Assembly: GCF_009914755.1 (NCBI RefSeq)
Contig: NC_060946.1
DNA length: 64,000 nucleotides
Reading direction: 5' to 3' (one strand)
Source of the DNA: the human T2T-CHM13v2.0 reference genome, Homo sapiens
In this document: one piece after another, positions 21,310-38,060 of the stretch
Layout: each line of letters starts with the position of its first letter
How positions within the stretch are numbered: position 1 is the stretch's first letter
Notes under the pieces: model-generated
The model's database searches: none
Told to the model about the DNA's origin: nothing
The model's input: the letters and a program-made list of their open reading frames with translations, nothing else
Made by a program: the position numbers and the translations under genes

Positions 21310-22005
21310 CAACAGTTAACAGACTCCAGTGACCAAATGTGTGGGTTTTTCCTGCACCAACTGGCGGATACCAGCTGGATGTCCCCTAGTTCAATTCAAT
21401 TCAGTTCTGACTCCACCTACCTGGAGATGGCATCAGATCCCACAGGGTGAGGGCTCAGTCTCCCAAGACTCTGAACAGTGGCTGTAAGTCAGGGTTCCCA
21501 CAGCCCCATCTTTGGGTTCAATTAATTTGCTAGGGTGACTCACAGAACTCGGGGAAACATTTACTTATATTTCCTGGTTTATTATAAAGGATATTACAAA
21601 GGATACAGATGAGGAGATACATAGGGTGAGGTGTAGGGAAAGGGGTGCAGAGCTTCCATGCCCTCTCTGGGCGTGCCACTTTGCCAAAACCAAGCATCCA
21701 GTCTCTGGAAGCTCCCTGAATCCTGCCTTCCTGGGCCTTTTATGGAGCCTCATTGGATATGCACGATTGACAGCCATGTAGAAATAGGATTGGACAGCAA
21801 GGGTGTGATCTAACACTAACAGATGGACTGGGGAGGCCCTGCAAGACCTATCTGTGCAGCCTTCCTTCCTCCAAGGTGTGGGGGCCCCTCTCTGGAGTGA
21901 GGGTCTCATTACTTACAATCTGATGAGAGTCCTGCCTTGGGCAGGTGAAAGGAGGGCAGAAGGTTAGAGAGATTCTGTTTTCTGAGGCTAAAGTGCCCCA
22001 ACATC
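21310..22005 (-). mobile_element. MER21-family LTR
   Basis: CAATTCAATTC...CTACCTGGAGATGGCATCAGATCCCACAGG; GGTTTATTATAAAGGATATTACAAAGGATACAGATG. Confidence 0.75.
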
Positions 22006-22280
22006 TTTTATTATTATTATTATTTTTGAGACAGGGCTGGAGTACAGTGATGCAATCTTGGCTCACTGCAACCTCACCTCTCGGGCTCAAGTGATCCTCC
22101 CACCTCAGCCTCCCTAGTAGCAGGCACTACAGCCGCGCACTACAACGCTTGGCTAACTTTTAAATTCTTTTGTAAACACAAGGTCTTGCTATGTTGCCCA
22201 GGCTGGTCTCGAACTCCTGGGCTCAAGCAATCCTCCCGCCTTGGCCTCCCAAAGTGCTCAGATTACAGCATGAGCTCCTC
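22006..22280 (-). mobile_element. AluJ
   Basis: Antisense AluJ with (TTA)n tail. Confidence 0.88.
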
Positions 22281-22284
22281 AGCT

Positions 22285-22820
<536 letters not shown>

Positions 22821-23055
22821 GTACCTTACTACAATTGAAAGAATGAAAAAAAAATACTGGGAAATACATTACACATACAAAAGAGTGTACATATGTATAG
22901 TTTACTGACTAATATTAAGGAAGTACCCACGTTCCTGCTATCCAGCTTAAGAAATAACATTACCTGTTCCCCGAGCCATATGCCCCGTACCTCCTGTGCG
23001 CCTCCCTCCCCACCAGAGGTGACCAGTGCCGCCTTGAACGTTGCATTTAGCATGT

Positions 23056-23423
23056 TGTATTAGTTAGAGTTCTCTGGAGAAACAGAACCAATGGGAGATA
23101 TGTAGCTCTCTCTGTCTCTTTTTTTTTTTGAGACAGAGTCTCACTCTGTCGCCAGGCTGGAATGGTGTGATCTCGGCTCAGTGCAACCTCTGACTCCCTG
23201 GTTCAAGCAGTTCTCCTGCCTCAGCCTCCCCAGTAGCTGAGATTACAGGCACTGGCCACCACACCCGGCTAATTTTTGTATTTTTAGTAGACACGGGGTT
23301 TCACCATGTTGGCCAGGATGATCTCGATCTCCTGATCTCGTGATCCGCCCGCCTCGGCCTCCCAAAGTGCTGGGATTACAGGCGTGAGCCACCGCGCCCA
23401 GCCTGTCTCTCTGTCTGTCTCTA

Positions 23424-23470
<47 letters not shown>

Positions 23471-23770
23471 TTGAAGAGATTGATTATAAGTTATTGGCTC
23501 ATGTGGTTATGAGACTGAGAAATCCCAGGATCTTCAAGCTGGAGACCCAGGAGGGCCAATGGCGTCAGCCCAAGTGCGGGAGGAGACCCACGTCCCAGCT
23601 GAGTGAATCCCCTTACCCTGCCTTTCGGTCTATTCAGGTGTCAAATGGATTGGCCGAGGCCTATCCGCACTGGGGAGGGCCATCTGTTGTACCCAGTCTA
23701 CCGATTCGAATGCTAACCTTATCTAGAAACACCTTCACAGGCACGCCCAGAATAATGGTTAGCCAAGCAC
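23056..23770 (-). mobile_element. MLT2-family LTR with an AluSc (23118-23403, -)
   Basis: TGTATTAGTTAGAGTTCTCTGGAGAAACAGAACCAAT...CACAGGCACGCCCAGAATAATG. Confidence 0.8.
23428..23471. repeat. (CT)n(AT)n compound microsatellite
   Basis: Direct reading. Confidence 0.95.
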
Positions 23771-24243
23771 CAGGCCGCTCCCCACCCAGTCCAGGCAGCT
23801 AGTCAGCAGGCCCTGCCCCACTTGCTTGTCTTTCCTTGCGTTTTGCACACGCGTGCATCTCTGTCCCTCACTTTCTTTAGTTTTGCCCGACTTTGACCCC
23901 AATATGACGGGAGCCCCATCGTGCGTGCTGTCCTATGACTCGAGTTTACGCAGTAGCCTAGCTTTGGGGCACAGCCCCATTTACTCGGGGCACCGCTGCC
24001 TCTGCTGTGTGGCCGTGTGGGATCCCACACCAGGAGCACCGTCCCTTTGTCACCTGGGAGGGGTGATTCTGTGCCTGAGTTGCATGTGGATTTCCTCCTG
24101 CTGAGTTTTAATTAAGAGGCAGGGAGCAGGTGGGTGAAGGGCACACACACGGATGCAGCGTTGCCCGGGTTCGAATTCTGCCTGCGCCATTTCCTGCCTG
24201 CTGAACCAGATCGGGCAAATTACTCTACCTCTCTGTGCCACAG

Positions 24244-24580
24244 ATTTTTTGTTGTTGTTGTTGTTTTGTTTTCATTTTGTCTCGTTTTGTTTTTGTTTTT
24301 GAGACAGGGTCTCCCTCTGTCACCCAGGCTGGTGTACAGTGGTGCAATCACGGCTCACTATAGCCTCGACCCTGTGGGCTTAAGCAATCCTCCCACCTCA
24401 GCCTCCTGAGTAGCTGGGACGACAGGCGTGCACAGCCACACCTGGCTAATTTTTTAATTATTTGTTGAGATGGGGTTTCACTATGTTGCCCAGGGTGGCC
24501 TCGAACCCCTGGGCTCAAGTGATCCTCCTGCCTCAGCTTCCCAAAGTGCTGGGATTAAGTGTGAGCCACCTCATCTGGCC
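24244..24580 (-). mobile_element. AluJ
   Basis: Antisense AluJ, (TTG)n/(TTTTG)n tail. Confidence 0.88.
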
Positions 24581-24698
24581 TTTGTGCCCCAGTTTTCTCA
24601 ATCAGGTAATGATGATAGCTCTCAGGTGGTGAGGGTGACTGTATAAAATGTCTGGAAATGGCACCTGCTCTGTGCCCAGGGGTTAGAGGCTTGGGACC

Positions 24699-24794
24699 GA
24701 GCTGGGGGCTGAGCTGGGGGTGGAGCTGGGGGCTGAGCTGGGGGTGGAGCTGGGGGCTGAGCTGGGGGTGGAGCTGGGGGCTGAGCTGGGGGCG
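24699..24794 (+). repeat. G-rich minisatellite, 8 x 12 bp GAGCTGGGGG(CT/TG), 24-bp higher-order unit
   Basis: Alternating GAGCTGGGGGCT / GAGCTGGGGGTG units. Confidence 0.97.
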
Positions 24795-25858
24795 TTTTTG
24801 TTCCAAGGCTTTCTTGCTGATAAGTTTCTCTTTCTCTCTCTCTCTTTTTTTTTTGTCCTGCGTGTCTCAACCTGACAAAAATGCTCAGTTTAGAAGCGTG
24901 TCGTTCCATTTGTGGGAAAATTAAACACATTTAAGAGTAAATTAAATTAGGGGACTTGTGATCATTAGCTAAGTAAATTATTTTTTAAAAATGTGATGTA
25001 CCAAGCATAGCACATGTGGCACGCTCAATAAATATTTGTTAGAATGAATGATAATTTTATGAGCCAGTCGAGTCATATATAATGGGATTATTTGGTTCTA
25101 GAACTAATGAAGTGACTGTAGAGCAATAAAGCTTCTAAAAAGAATCTCCGTGCTCGCAAAAAATCCAAAAGTGGGGGAAGAGGCTCATGCTGGATTTCAC
25201 CCAAGAGCGAGGCCCGAGGAGAGCTGGGACGCTGTGTCCTGAGAGCTGTCCAAGGGGGGCCCTTGTGACTTGGCAGGGGTGGTTTTGGAGCCTGAGTTTA
25301 TCCGCACTCTGGGTGGACTGGGTCTCGGGGGAGGCCTGCCTTAGGTCAGCTCAGGAGACCAGTGGATATAGCAGGAGGCCCACTTGCAGTTCACGGTTTG
25401 TCTTGCCAGATGTGCAGGGGGCCCGGTGTCTCAGCACTTGGCACCTGTGGGACTGAGAGAGGAGTCAGTCTAGCACCAGACACCCGCTTGGTGGGGGAGG
25501 GGAGTGGAAGAGGAGGGAGAGGAGAGAGAGGGGGCTGGAGCCCCAGTCCCACAGCTTAGGTCCTGGGAAGCCCTGTGGGTTCATGCTTGCCTTGAGGGGA
25601 GGTTGGACGGCTCAAGCAGGGACCAGGAGCCTCCCAGTGTGGCATGAGCTTTGCTGGAAGCCTGGGCTCTTTGAGAGGGGTGGGGCTGAGAGCCGCTAGA
25701 CCTGGCTTCATCCTCCTGCCTGCTTTCCTGTCTGGGGTGTACCCTGGGAAGGGACATAACTTCCCTGAACCTCGGTTGCCTCCCCTGTCCAGTGGAGGAA
25801 AGGAAGGCACCTGCCTAACTGGGCTCTTGAAAATAATAAATTGAGATAATACAAAATC

Positions 25859-26645
<787 letters not shown>

Positions 26646-26792
26646 ACCTGGTGCTCAGTTAGTGACTAAAACCCACTAGTTATGGTCACTCAGTCACCCT
26701 TCTTGTTATTACTTTCATAGATGAGGGTGTGATGGGGGGGGGAAACAGAAGCAGAGTTGATTGTATCTTCTTAGTTCTGCACACCCTGTGGC

Positions 26793-27096
26793 TTTTTTTT
26801 TTTTTTTTTTTTCTGAGAGGGAGTCTTGCTGTGTTGCCCAGGCTGGAGTGCAGTGGCACGATCTCAGGTCACTACAACCTCTGCTTCTCACATTTAAGCG
26901 ATTCTTCTGCCTCAGCCTCCTGAATAGCGGGCATTACAGACATCCGCCACCACACCCAGCTAATTTTTGTATGTTTAGTAGAGACGGGGTTTCACAATGT
27001 TGGCCAGGCTGGTCACGAACTCCTGGCATCAAGTGATCCACCCACCTCAGCCTCCCAAAGTGCTGGGATTACAGACATGAGCCTCTGTGCCCAGCC
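26793..27096 (-). mobile_element. AluS
   Basis: Full antisense Alu, TSD CCYGTGGCT. Confidence 0.9.
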
Positions 27097-27783
27097 CCGT
27101 GGCTAGTTATTAGACTGTTCTAGGTCTTGATGGGAAAGGGGAGGAGGACTTGTTCTTCTCTTTGGATTAATAAAACACCGTGAGGCTTGTGTTTGCACAG
27201 TGCCCACAGCTTGCACACTGACAAGCCCTTTTAGGTTGACTTCTGCTGAGTCATTTCATCCTGTTCCATTTGTCAGCCATAAGGTAAGGAGCAGTTTTTC
27301 TGATGTACTCCTTTTGCATAAATGCTACTCTCCATCAGCCTCGAGAAGTAGAAGGCACCGGTATGGTATCCCAAGCTCATTCACAGGGGAGAAGAGATGC
27401 CTGTTGCCACAAAATGTGAATGTTGGGTGTACATTCAGGTGTCACGTACGTGGTGTTGATTGTCTCAGCTTAATAAAGAAAGATGCCGTACACATTTTCC
27501 TTTAAAAAGTCTCACTTGGCTTGTTTGACAGGCACAGAAGATGTGTTATTAAACACTTGCAAAGCCTGCTGTCATTTGGTTTTAAACAGCACTCGTCGTC
27601 TTTGGCGGGGCGTGTTTGCTCAGCATCATGGAAGGGGGATGTGAGGTACCCAGGTGGCAGTTTCTCTACCACGATGCTTTCTCTGCTTGCTATCGGGAGA
27701 AATGTTCTTTCCTATGTTGTGGGAAGGCGGAAAGGGCAGTCTGAAATGTAAGGTGGCCTTTTGTATTAGAATTTCATGGCTGA

Positions 27784-28101
<318 letters not shown>

Positions 28102-28526
28102 TCACAGGACCATCTTTAGTCCCAAGATCTGAGGCAAGGGAATCGTTTTCAATAGGAAACTTTTAAATGTTTGAGCAGCAGAAAGGGAGATTGAGCCAGA
28201 AGAACTTGCTGGTGGAAAGATGGTGGAAGCTGGGAGCTTTGAGGTTCTAAAAATCCTGGTGTGTCAGGTCAGGTAGTGGGGCAACCGGAGCTTAGGGTGA
28301 GTTATACCTGATGGGACTTAACTGGGTAAATGTCATCTAGTAACCCAACTACATTCGGCATTAATATCTGGACAAAAGGTGGAATACACCCGGGTTCTTT
28401 GGGCACAGGCGAAGGAGAGGTCTCATAGTTTGATGTTGCTCAAGAAGGGAAAACAAGCAGGATGGGAAGAGGTCTAATCAGCCGGCTGGAGTGGGGTGCT
28501 GGGTTTAGTTCATTCCTTCTTAAACT

Positions 28527-29803
<1,277 letters not shown>

Positions 29804-29869
29804 GTACTTTGACAATTATTTGTTTAGCACTGTAGGAGGAACCTGCAAACTGTTCCTTCCCTCTGCTCA

Positions 29870-31316
<1,447 letters not shown>

Positions 31317-32329
31317 GCACTTGCGATGTGTCCTGTGGTCTCCGTCCTCAGCGTCGTGGTTTAGAGGGTGCCTGACAGGCAGGGTGTGGGGTTAGTGGGG
31401 TTGGGGAGTGATTTCCGGGGCACAGTGATCCCCAGAGTATGTGTGGTTGTCCAGTTCACTCACTCCTCGTGGCCTGCTCGGTGCTGGGGGTCCACACTCA
31501 CAGAGGGCATGGTCTGTGCCCCTTGGGATCAGGCAGCTGCTCCTGGTACAGATGAGTTGGGAGATGACTTCCTCCAGGGCATGTGAGAAGCTCTCAATGA
31601 CCAGGCCAGCTCGGATTCCCAGTTCTGGCCGAGCCGATGTGCTCTCTGTTGCCACATTCCGTGTCACTTCCCAGGCCTCCCCGGCTTCCCATTCTCGGGG
31701 CCAGGTGTTCCGTGGATGGGGTGCGGTGCGGCCTTTGATACCAGAGGCCTGGGATCGCTTTCCTCCTCGGTTTCTGTGTGGTCAGTGGCGCCTTCACCTG
31801 TCTCATGCCCTGCCATGCTGCCATGCAAGGGCAGAGGGCTGGTGTTGGGGTGGTGCTGGGGCCTGGGGAGTGGAATATCCTGCTCTGTTAAGATGCTGGG
31901 GATCGCATGTGTGATGCTGGCCACGTCAGCCAGTCTTCCTTCCTGCCGAGACCACCAGCCCTCGGTGCAGCCAGCCGTATCACCTGGTTATAGTCACGCC
32001 GAAACCCAGCTGTTTGGAAGCGTGGCCGTGGGGCCTTGGATCCCTTTTCCTTTCCACGTGTTTTGTGGAGACGAATAACACAGGCATGCGCCGTGCCCAG
32101 GTGGAGGCAATGTTAGGAAAGCAGGAAGGAGCTCAGAGCAGGAAATGTGTGTGGACTCGCGTTTGTTGAAGGGCCTGGCCGAGTTCCCCAGAGGCTGGGG
32201 TCAGTGTTCAAGTTCTGATGCTTCACGTCCTTGGAGGCCAAAGGACGTGACCTTGAAGAAGGGGCAGTTCTCACCTGTGGGCCTAGGAGAGGTCGTTGGC
32301 CTTAAGACATTACTCCAGGTAATTATATG

Positions 32330-32635
32330 TGGTTCCTACCTATAATCCCAGCACTTTGGGAGGCAGAGGCTGGAGGATCGCTTGAGCCCAGGATTTGGAG
32401 ACCACCCTGGGCAACAAAGTGAGACTCCTGTCTCTACAAACAAAAACAAAAACAAAAACAAACAGTTGGCTGGATATGATGGCATGCACCTGTAGTCTCA
32501 GCTACTCAGGAGGCTGAGGTGGGAGGATCACTTGAGCCCGGGAGGTGGAGGCCACAGCAAGCTGTGATGGCACTAATGCACTTCAGCCTGGGTGACAGAG
32601 TGAGACCCTGTCTAACAGCAACAACAGCAGCAGAA
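32330..32635 (+). mobile_element. AluJ
   Basis: Diverged Alu with a (CAG/CAA) tail. Confidence 0.88.
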
Positions 32636-33094
32636 CATTAATCCGGATAGTTCTAGGATGAGGGTTCTCAGAGCTAGATGGGCCTTTGCAAGTTCTTTCC
32701 ACTGATCCCCAGGTTTGGTTGATTGTATGAAACCAAGAGGAAATGTACAGGGTTTTTGTGAAGAAAGGAAAGTGTCATTTCTTTGGGTTTTACTTTGAAT
32801 GGCATTGGATGAGGTCCTCAGAGCTTATGTGGGGCCAGCCCAGCCTGCCCCATGTGCCCCACTGAGACCCTGGAAACTTGGCTTTCTCCCACTGCTCCCC
32901 CAGTGCTCACTGACTAGTTTTGGGGTTTTGTGGGGACCCTTTGTCTATCTGCTTCGTCTTCCCCAGATGAATCAGGGGACGTGGTGGTACCATAGTGGTG
33001 CTGAGGGCAGCTTCTGGGTGGGGGTTCTCAGAAGGAGAAGTCTGTCCAGGAAGATTATATTTTATTACCTTCTCCCTCATCTTATTTATTTTCT

Positions 33095-33216
33095 GTTTTT
33101 TTAGAGGCTGGGTCTCTATGTTGCCCAAGCTGGTCTCGAACTCCTGGGCTCAAGCGATCCTCCTGCCTCGGCCTCCCAAAGTGCTGGGATGCAGGTGTGA
33201 GCCACTACGCCCAGCC
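33095..33216 (-). mobile_element. FLAM/AluJ left monomer
   Basis: CTCCTGGGCTCAAGCGATCCTCCTGCCTCGGCCTCCCAAAGTG. Confidence 0.85.
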
Positions 33217-33224
33217 TCCCACCT

Positions 33225-33793
33225 CTTTCTTATTTCTTTATTGTTTATTTCAACAGGTTTTTGGGGAACAGGTGTGTTTGGTGACATGAATAAGCTCTTT
33301 AGTGGTGATTTGTGAGATTTTGGTGCACCCATCACCCGAGCAGTGTACACTGCACCCAATATGTAGTCTTTTTATCCCTCACCTACCTCCCACCCTTTCC
33401 CCAAGTCCCCAAAGTCCATTGTATCATTCTTATGCCTTTACATCCTCATAGCTTAGCTCCTGCTTCTGAGTGAGAACATACGATGTTTGGTTTTCTATTC
33501 CTGAGTTACTTCACTTAGAATAATGGTCTCCAGTTCCATTTCCATCCAGGTTACTGCGAATATCATTATTTTGTTCCTTTTTATGGCTGATTAGTATTCC
33601 ATGGTGTGTGTGTGTGTGCATGTGTGTGTGTGTGTGTGTGTGTGTATACACTGAAATTTCTTTATCCACTCATTGATTGATGGGCATTTGATTGGTTCCA
33701 TATATTTGCAATTGTGAATTGTGGTGCTATAAACGTGTGTGAAGTATGTTTTTTGTCTGATGACTTCTTTTCCCTTGGGTAGATACCCAGTAG
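33225..33793 (-). mobile_element. L1PB-type 3' end with (TG)n at ~33604-33645
   Basis: GTTACTTCACTTAGAATAATGGTCTCC; GGGTAGATACCCAGTAG. Confidence 0.85.
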
Positions 33794-34544
33794 TCTCCTA
33801 CTTCTTTTTAAAGGAAGCCTTGCTCTTTCTTAAAAGCTGCTAAAAAGGAATGAGAGTGGCGCTACAGCAAACATCTATTGAGCGCCTACTGTGTACCAGG
33901 TGGGTGGCTATGGTGGAATCTACCACTTCTTAAAAGTCACCATCCAAGTTACCGTTTTTCTGAAATACTTTGTCTTTCAACTGAGTGCTTTGTTTTTAGT
34001 GATGGCCAGTGAAGGGCCCAATTCAAACAGAAGCAGAGCCGGGGGATACTGAAGGGCCTTTCTCCCTGTGAGCCCCTTAGAACTCAGGCAGAAATATTTT
34101 AGCAAAAAGTCGAATCTGTACTTCTCTGGCTTTTAATGGGTTATATTGAAAAGGATATGACCTGCCTCTAAGGTTGTAACTTACGTTTGGCTCAGTCTTA
34201 ATTATCTTAACAAGGGGTGCCTCCCCACCCATCATCCCCATACCTTGTATTTATGCATGTATTGACTTTTCTCCCACTTTGATAGCTTGAAGGCAGGGCT
34301 GCAGTGTTTCTCACCTTGGCACCCCAGGCTTGAGTGATGCCTGGCACACAGTAGGTGCACGGCACACATCTGAGTTGAGATCCTGATACGCACCCTGTAT
34401 AAGACCTTCAACAGCCTGTCGACCCCTCACTGCCTCCGTTTCCTCATCTGTTAGATAGGGATGATCATAAGGGTTCTTTCTTGCTTGCCTTATGGGGCCT
34501 TGATGAGAATCAAATGAAATGATGACATCAGTCCCTTAATTATT

Positions 34545-34657
34545 TCTCCTCCTCCTCCTCCTCCTCCTCCTCCTCCTCCTCCTCCTCTTCCTCCTCCATC
34601 TCCTCCTCTCTTCTTCTTCCTTTTTTTTCTTCTTTCTTCTTTCTTTTTCTTCTTCTT
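34545..34657. repeat. (CCT)n/(CTT)n polypyrimidine tract (tail of AluJ 34658-34906, -)
   Basis: About 14 TCC units followed by an almost pure C/T tract. Confidence 0.92.
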
Positions 34658-35490
34658 AGGCAGGGTCTCACTCTGTTGCCCAGGCTAGAGTGCAGTGGGA
34701 TGGTCATAGGCTCAAGTGATCCTCCTGCCTCAGCCTCCTGAATAACTGGAACTACAGGTATGTGCCATTGTATCTGGCTAAGTTTTTGTAGAGACAGGGT
34801 CTCACTATGTTGCTTAGGCTGGTCTCCAACTCCTGGGCTCGAGCGGTCCTCCTGCCTTGGCCTCCCAATGTGCTGGGAGTACAGGTGTGAACCACTGTGC
34901 CAGGCCCCTTTAATTTATTCTGAAAATGGCGTGTCAGGAGCTGGGTCTTGGCTGCCTTGCTTGCATTGTGAAATCCCCTTGCCTGGCAGGTAGGAGGCAG
35001 TCGATGCATACAGGGTGAGTGAATGAAATGTTAGTTAGTTGCATTACATTGAAGTGGTCTAAACCTGACTCTAAGATGTGACTACTAGGCTGCTGATCCT
35101 TTTATGATTTTTCAAGTGCGTAGTTATTTTCCTTTTAAAAGCTAATCACATTTCCTTTCCTGACTGATCCTCTGTTATTTCTGCCTCCTCCCCCAAGGGG
35201 CTGACCACCAGCCCCAGGCATCTCCTTGGCCAGCTCAGTGGATACACACACGTCAGGAAGACCCTCCCTTGCCCCAGCCTTCCTTCGTGGGTGGCACTGG
35301 ACACTGGGCAGATGGAAAGGCCCTCTCCATGGAGCACTGGGCTGGCGAGGGCCTTCCTGTCTGTGCCCTCATGATGTCCTCACTTGGCTGTCGAGGCATC
35401 TCCTGGGCCATGAAGTGCTGTTTGCTGTCCTGGCCTTGGATTCCTGCATCAAGTCTCCCAGCAGGAAAACTGTTAAACCAAAACCAGTGT

Positions 35491-35606
35491 TGGGAACTGC
35501 ATCAGAGCTGGGGACCACATCAGTGCTGGGGACCTGGATCAGCATTGGGGACCTGGATTAGCCCTGGGGACCTGCATTAGTGCTGGGGACTCGCATCGGC
35601 ATTGGG
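35491..35606. repeat. Degenerate 18-19 bp minisatellite, ~6 copies (TGGGGACCTGSATYAGYRY)
   Basis: Periodic TGGGGAC units. Confidence 0.85.
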
Positions 35607-36779
35607 TGTCTTTTTGTTGCTTCCTCAAGTCCTAGTTTTGACTCTGGATGAAGCTTGGTTTGTGCCGTGGGAGTGGAGTGTTGGGGGACAGGGGTGACCG
35701 GCGGGTGAGCCCTCACTGTTGATCCTGGCCTCGAATGGGAGAGGGGCACTAGTGCCCCTGGGAGTGGGCCAGGCATGTCCCAGTCCACTGCCTGCCCCAG
35801 AGCCCCGCCTGGAGCACCTGCTGGGTCGGGACATGGGCCTCCCGTGGGCCTCACCGCTTCCTGCTTCAGCAGAACTGGGAATTGTCAGTTAATCGAGCAA
35901 CACCTCCAGGAAGCCAGCCTCAGGAAAGAGCTTCCACAGGGAGTTGGGGGACTGGTAATTGGAATAAATAAAAGCTAATCGTGCTTCCTGGATGCCAGGA
36001 ACCACTGAAATTTGTGGATTCCCACAGCAGCACATGAGGCTGGTCATTGTTAATAACCCCTTTTTACCGACGAGGAACCCAGACCAGACAGAGAGCCCGC
36101 CTGTGTCACCTGGTAGGGAGGGGCTGGGCCTGGTGTTATAAACCAGGAGAGGGTTCAGGCCGAGGAAAGGGGGAGCAAGTTGCCGGCCAAGGTAGGTATC
36201 ATGCGAGTCCTACTTCTCCCCTCATTCAAGGACCTTCCTTTGGGGAAGTGAGTGCTCCCGAGAGCAGCCTGCCGCCTCCGTGTCGGGGCAGCCTCAGCTT
36301 CTTCTTTCTGTGTCCGATATTTGATTTCTGTTGTCGTGGAAACGGGGTGGCAAGTGTTCCATGTGTTAGCATTTGGTCCTCCTGACGTAGTCGGCACACG
36401 GGAGATGCAGCTGGGGTGGCACGTGCCCACAGTGGTGCCACCTCTTGCCGGGGGTCAGGCAGAGGAGACCCAGCTCCGTGCCAGCTTGCAGACCCCCAAT
36501 CACTTCTCCTGTCTCAGGGCCCAGAGAGCAAAGGCAGTGGGAGGCCAATGTCTGTTGTTCAGTTTAGCTCTGAGCCACGTGCATCTTCAGTCAGCCCAGG
36601 GGCCTGGGCGCGCCCTTCCTTCCTTCTTTGTGCATGGGGGTTTTCCTGGGGAGCAGTTGCCCTGGCCCATGAGGCTGATGGGAGTCAAGACAGAAATAGT
36701 GGTCTGTGGTCAGCAAGGAGCTATCGCTGGAAACACCCCGGTCCTTCCACAGCCTGACCCTCTGTGACCTTCCTCAAAG

Positions 36780-36928
36780 GCTCCCCAAAGAGGCTTTCCC
36801 TTGAAGTGCAAGTCATAGTGGCGCCCCTGCCACGTCCCTATATGAACGGGGTGTGTGCCCGCCTGCCCTCCGACGTCCGCCGGCTGTGCTGGTCTGCAGA
36901 GCTGCCGCCAGCTGCACCCTCCTCGCCA
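36780..36928 (+). other. PARVB: Probable alternative (5'UTR) first exon of PARVB; start approximate
   Basis: Non-repetitive, locally CpG-enriched segment ending in CCA|GTGAGT (GT 36929-30). No strong acceptor nearby. PARVB is recalled to have isoforms with internal first exons. Confidence 0.55.
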
Positions 36929-37260
36929 GTGAGTTCTGTTGCTTTCGTATCATTTTCAGCAGGAGCTAAACCCAGGCCAGCCCTTCTTTTCTTTTCTGCT
37001 TTATGGCAGAATTTTGTTTTGCAAGAATGGACCCTGGGTGGCTGCTTGACTTTTCCCAGGAAGGTGATGGGGACGTTGGTGTTAGGACGATGGGCAAGGG
37101 GGTCCAGGTTGTCTCACTGCGGCCCCAGAGGGATGAGGGTCTGACTTGTGGAGTGAAATTTCCAGCACTCTGCTGGGGGCGAGTAGATCTTTGGGCCCAG
37201 AAGAATGGGATTTGGAACATTCTCAGGCACATGCTGCAATTAAGATTTTCTTTTTCATAG

Positions 37261-37607
<347 letters not shown>

Positions 37608-37929
37608 TAGTGGTCTTCGGTTCTGTGTTTCCCCTCTAAGTAGCTGATCGTGGCCAGTGCCTGGCTTTCCCCTGGTCACCACTAGATATTCTGTCTTGTC
37701 TTTGGGAGGCAGAGTCAGTAGAAGGTGCTTTGCACTGGGCATGCCTGGGAGTGAGCCCAGCCTTGCTGTTATTAGCGCCCATCGTGACGGTCGGCCAGGC
37801 TGCCCTATGTTCGATTTTTCCTCCTGTGAAATGGGAACAACAGTAGAGCTGATGTGTCCTGGGCTTTCTGCATCCCAGGGACTATCCCAGCTCCTTAACG
37901 TGCTTTGCTCAGTGCTATCCTCCTAAAAA

Positions 37930-38060
37930 GTTTTCTTTTACAGTTGAGTAAGCTGAAGCCCAGAGAGGTTAAGTAACCTGCCCAAGGTCACACCGCAGAT
38001 CGGAATGGGAGTCAGGAGTGTACCCAACAGCCTGGCTCCCTAGTCAGTGCTCTCAACCTC
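37930..38060. mobile_element. MIR
   Basis: CCCAGAGAGGTTAAGTAACCTGCCCAAGGTCACAC. Confidence 0.8.

Noticed and set aside
24555-24930. Repetitive peptide ORFs (PQLHPQLS / PPAQPPAP / WGLSWGWS)
   Set aside because: These are artefacts of the 12-bp G-rich tandem repeat, which lacks stops.
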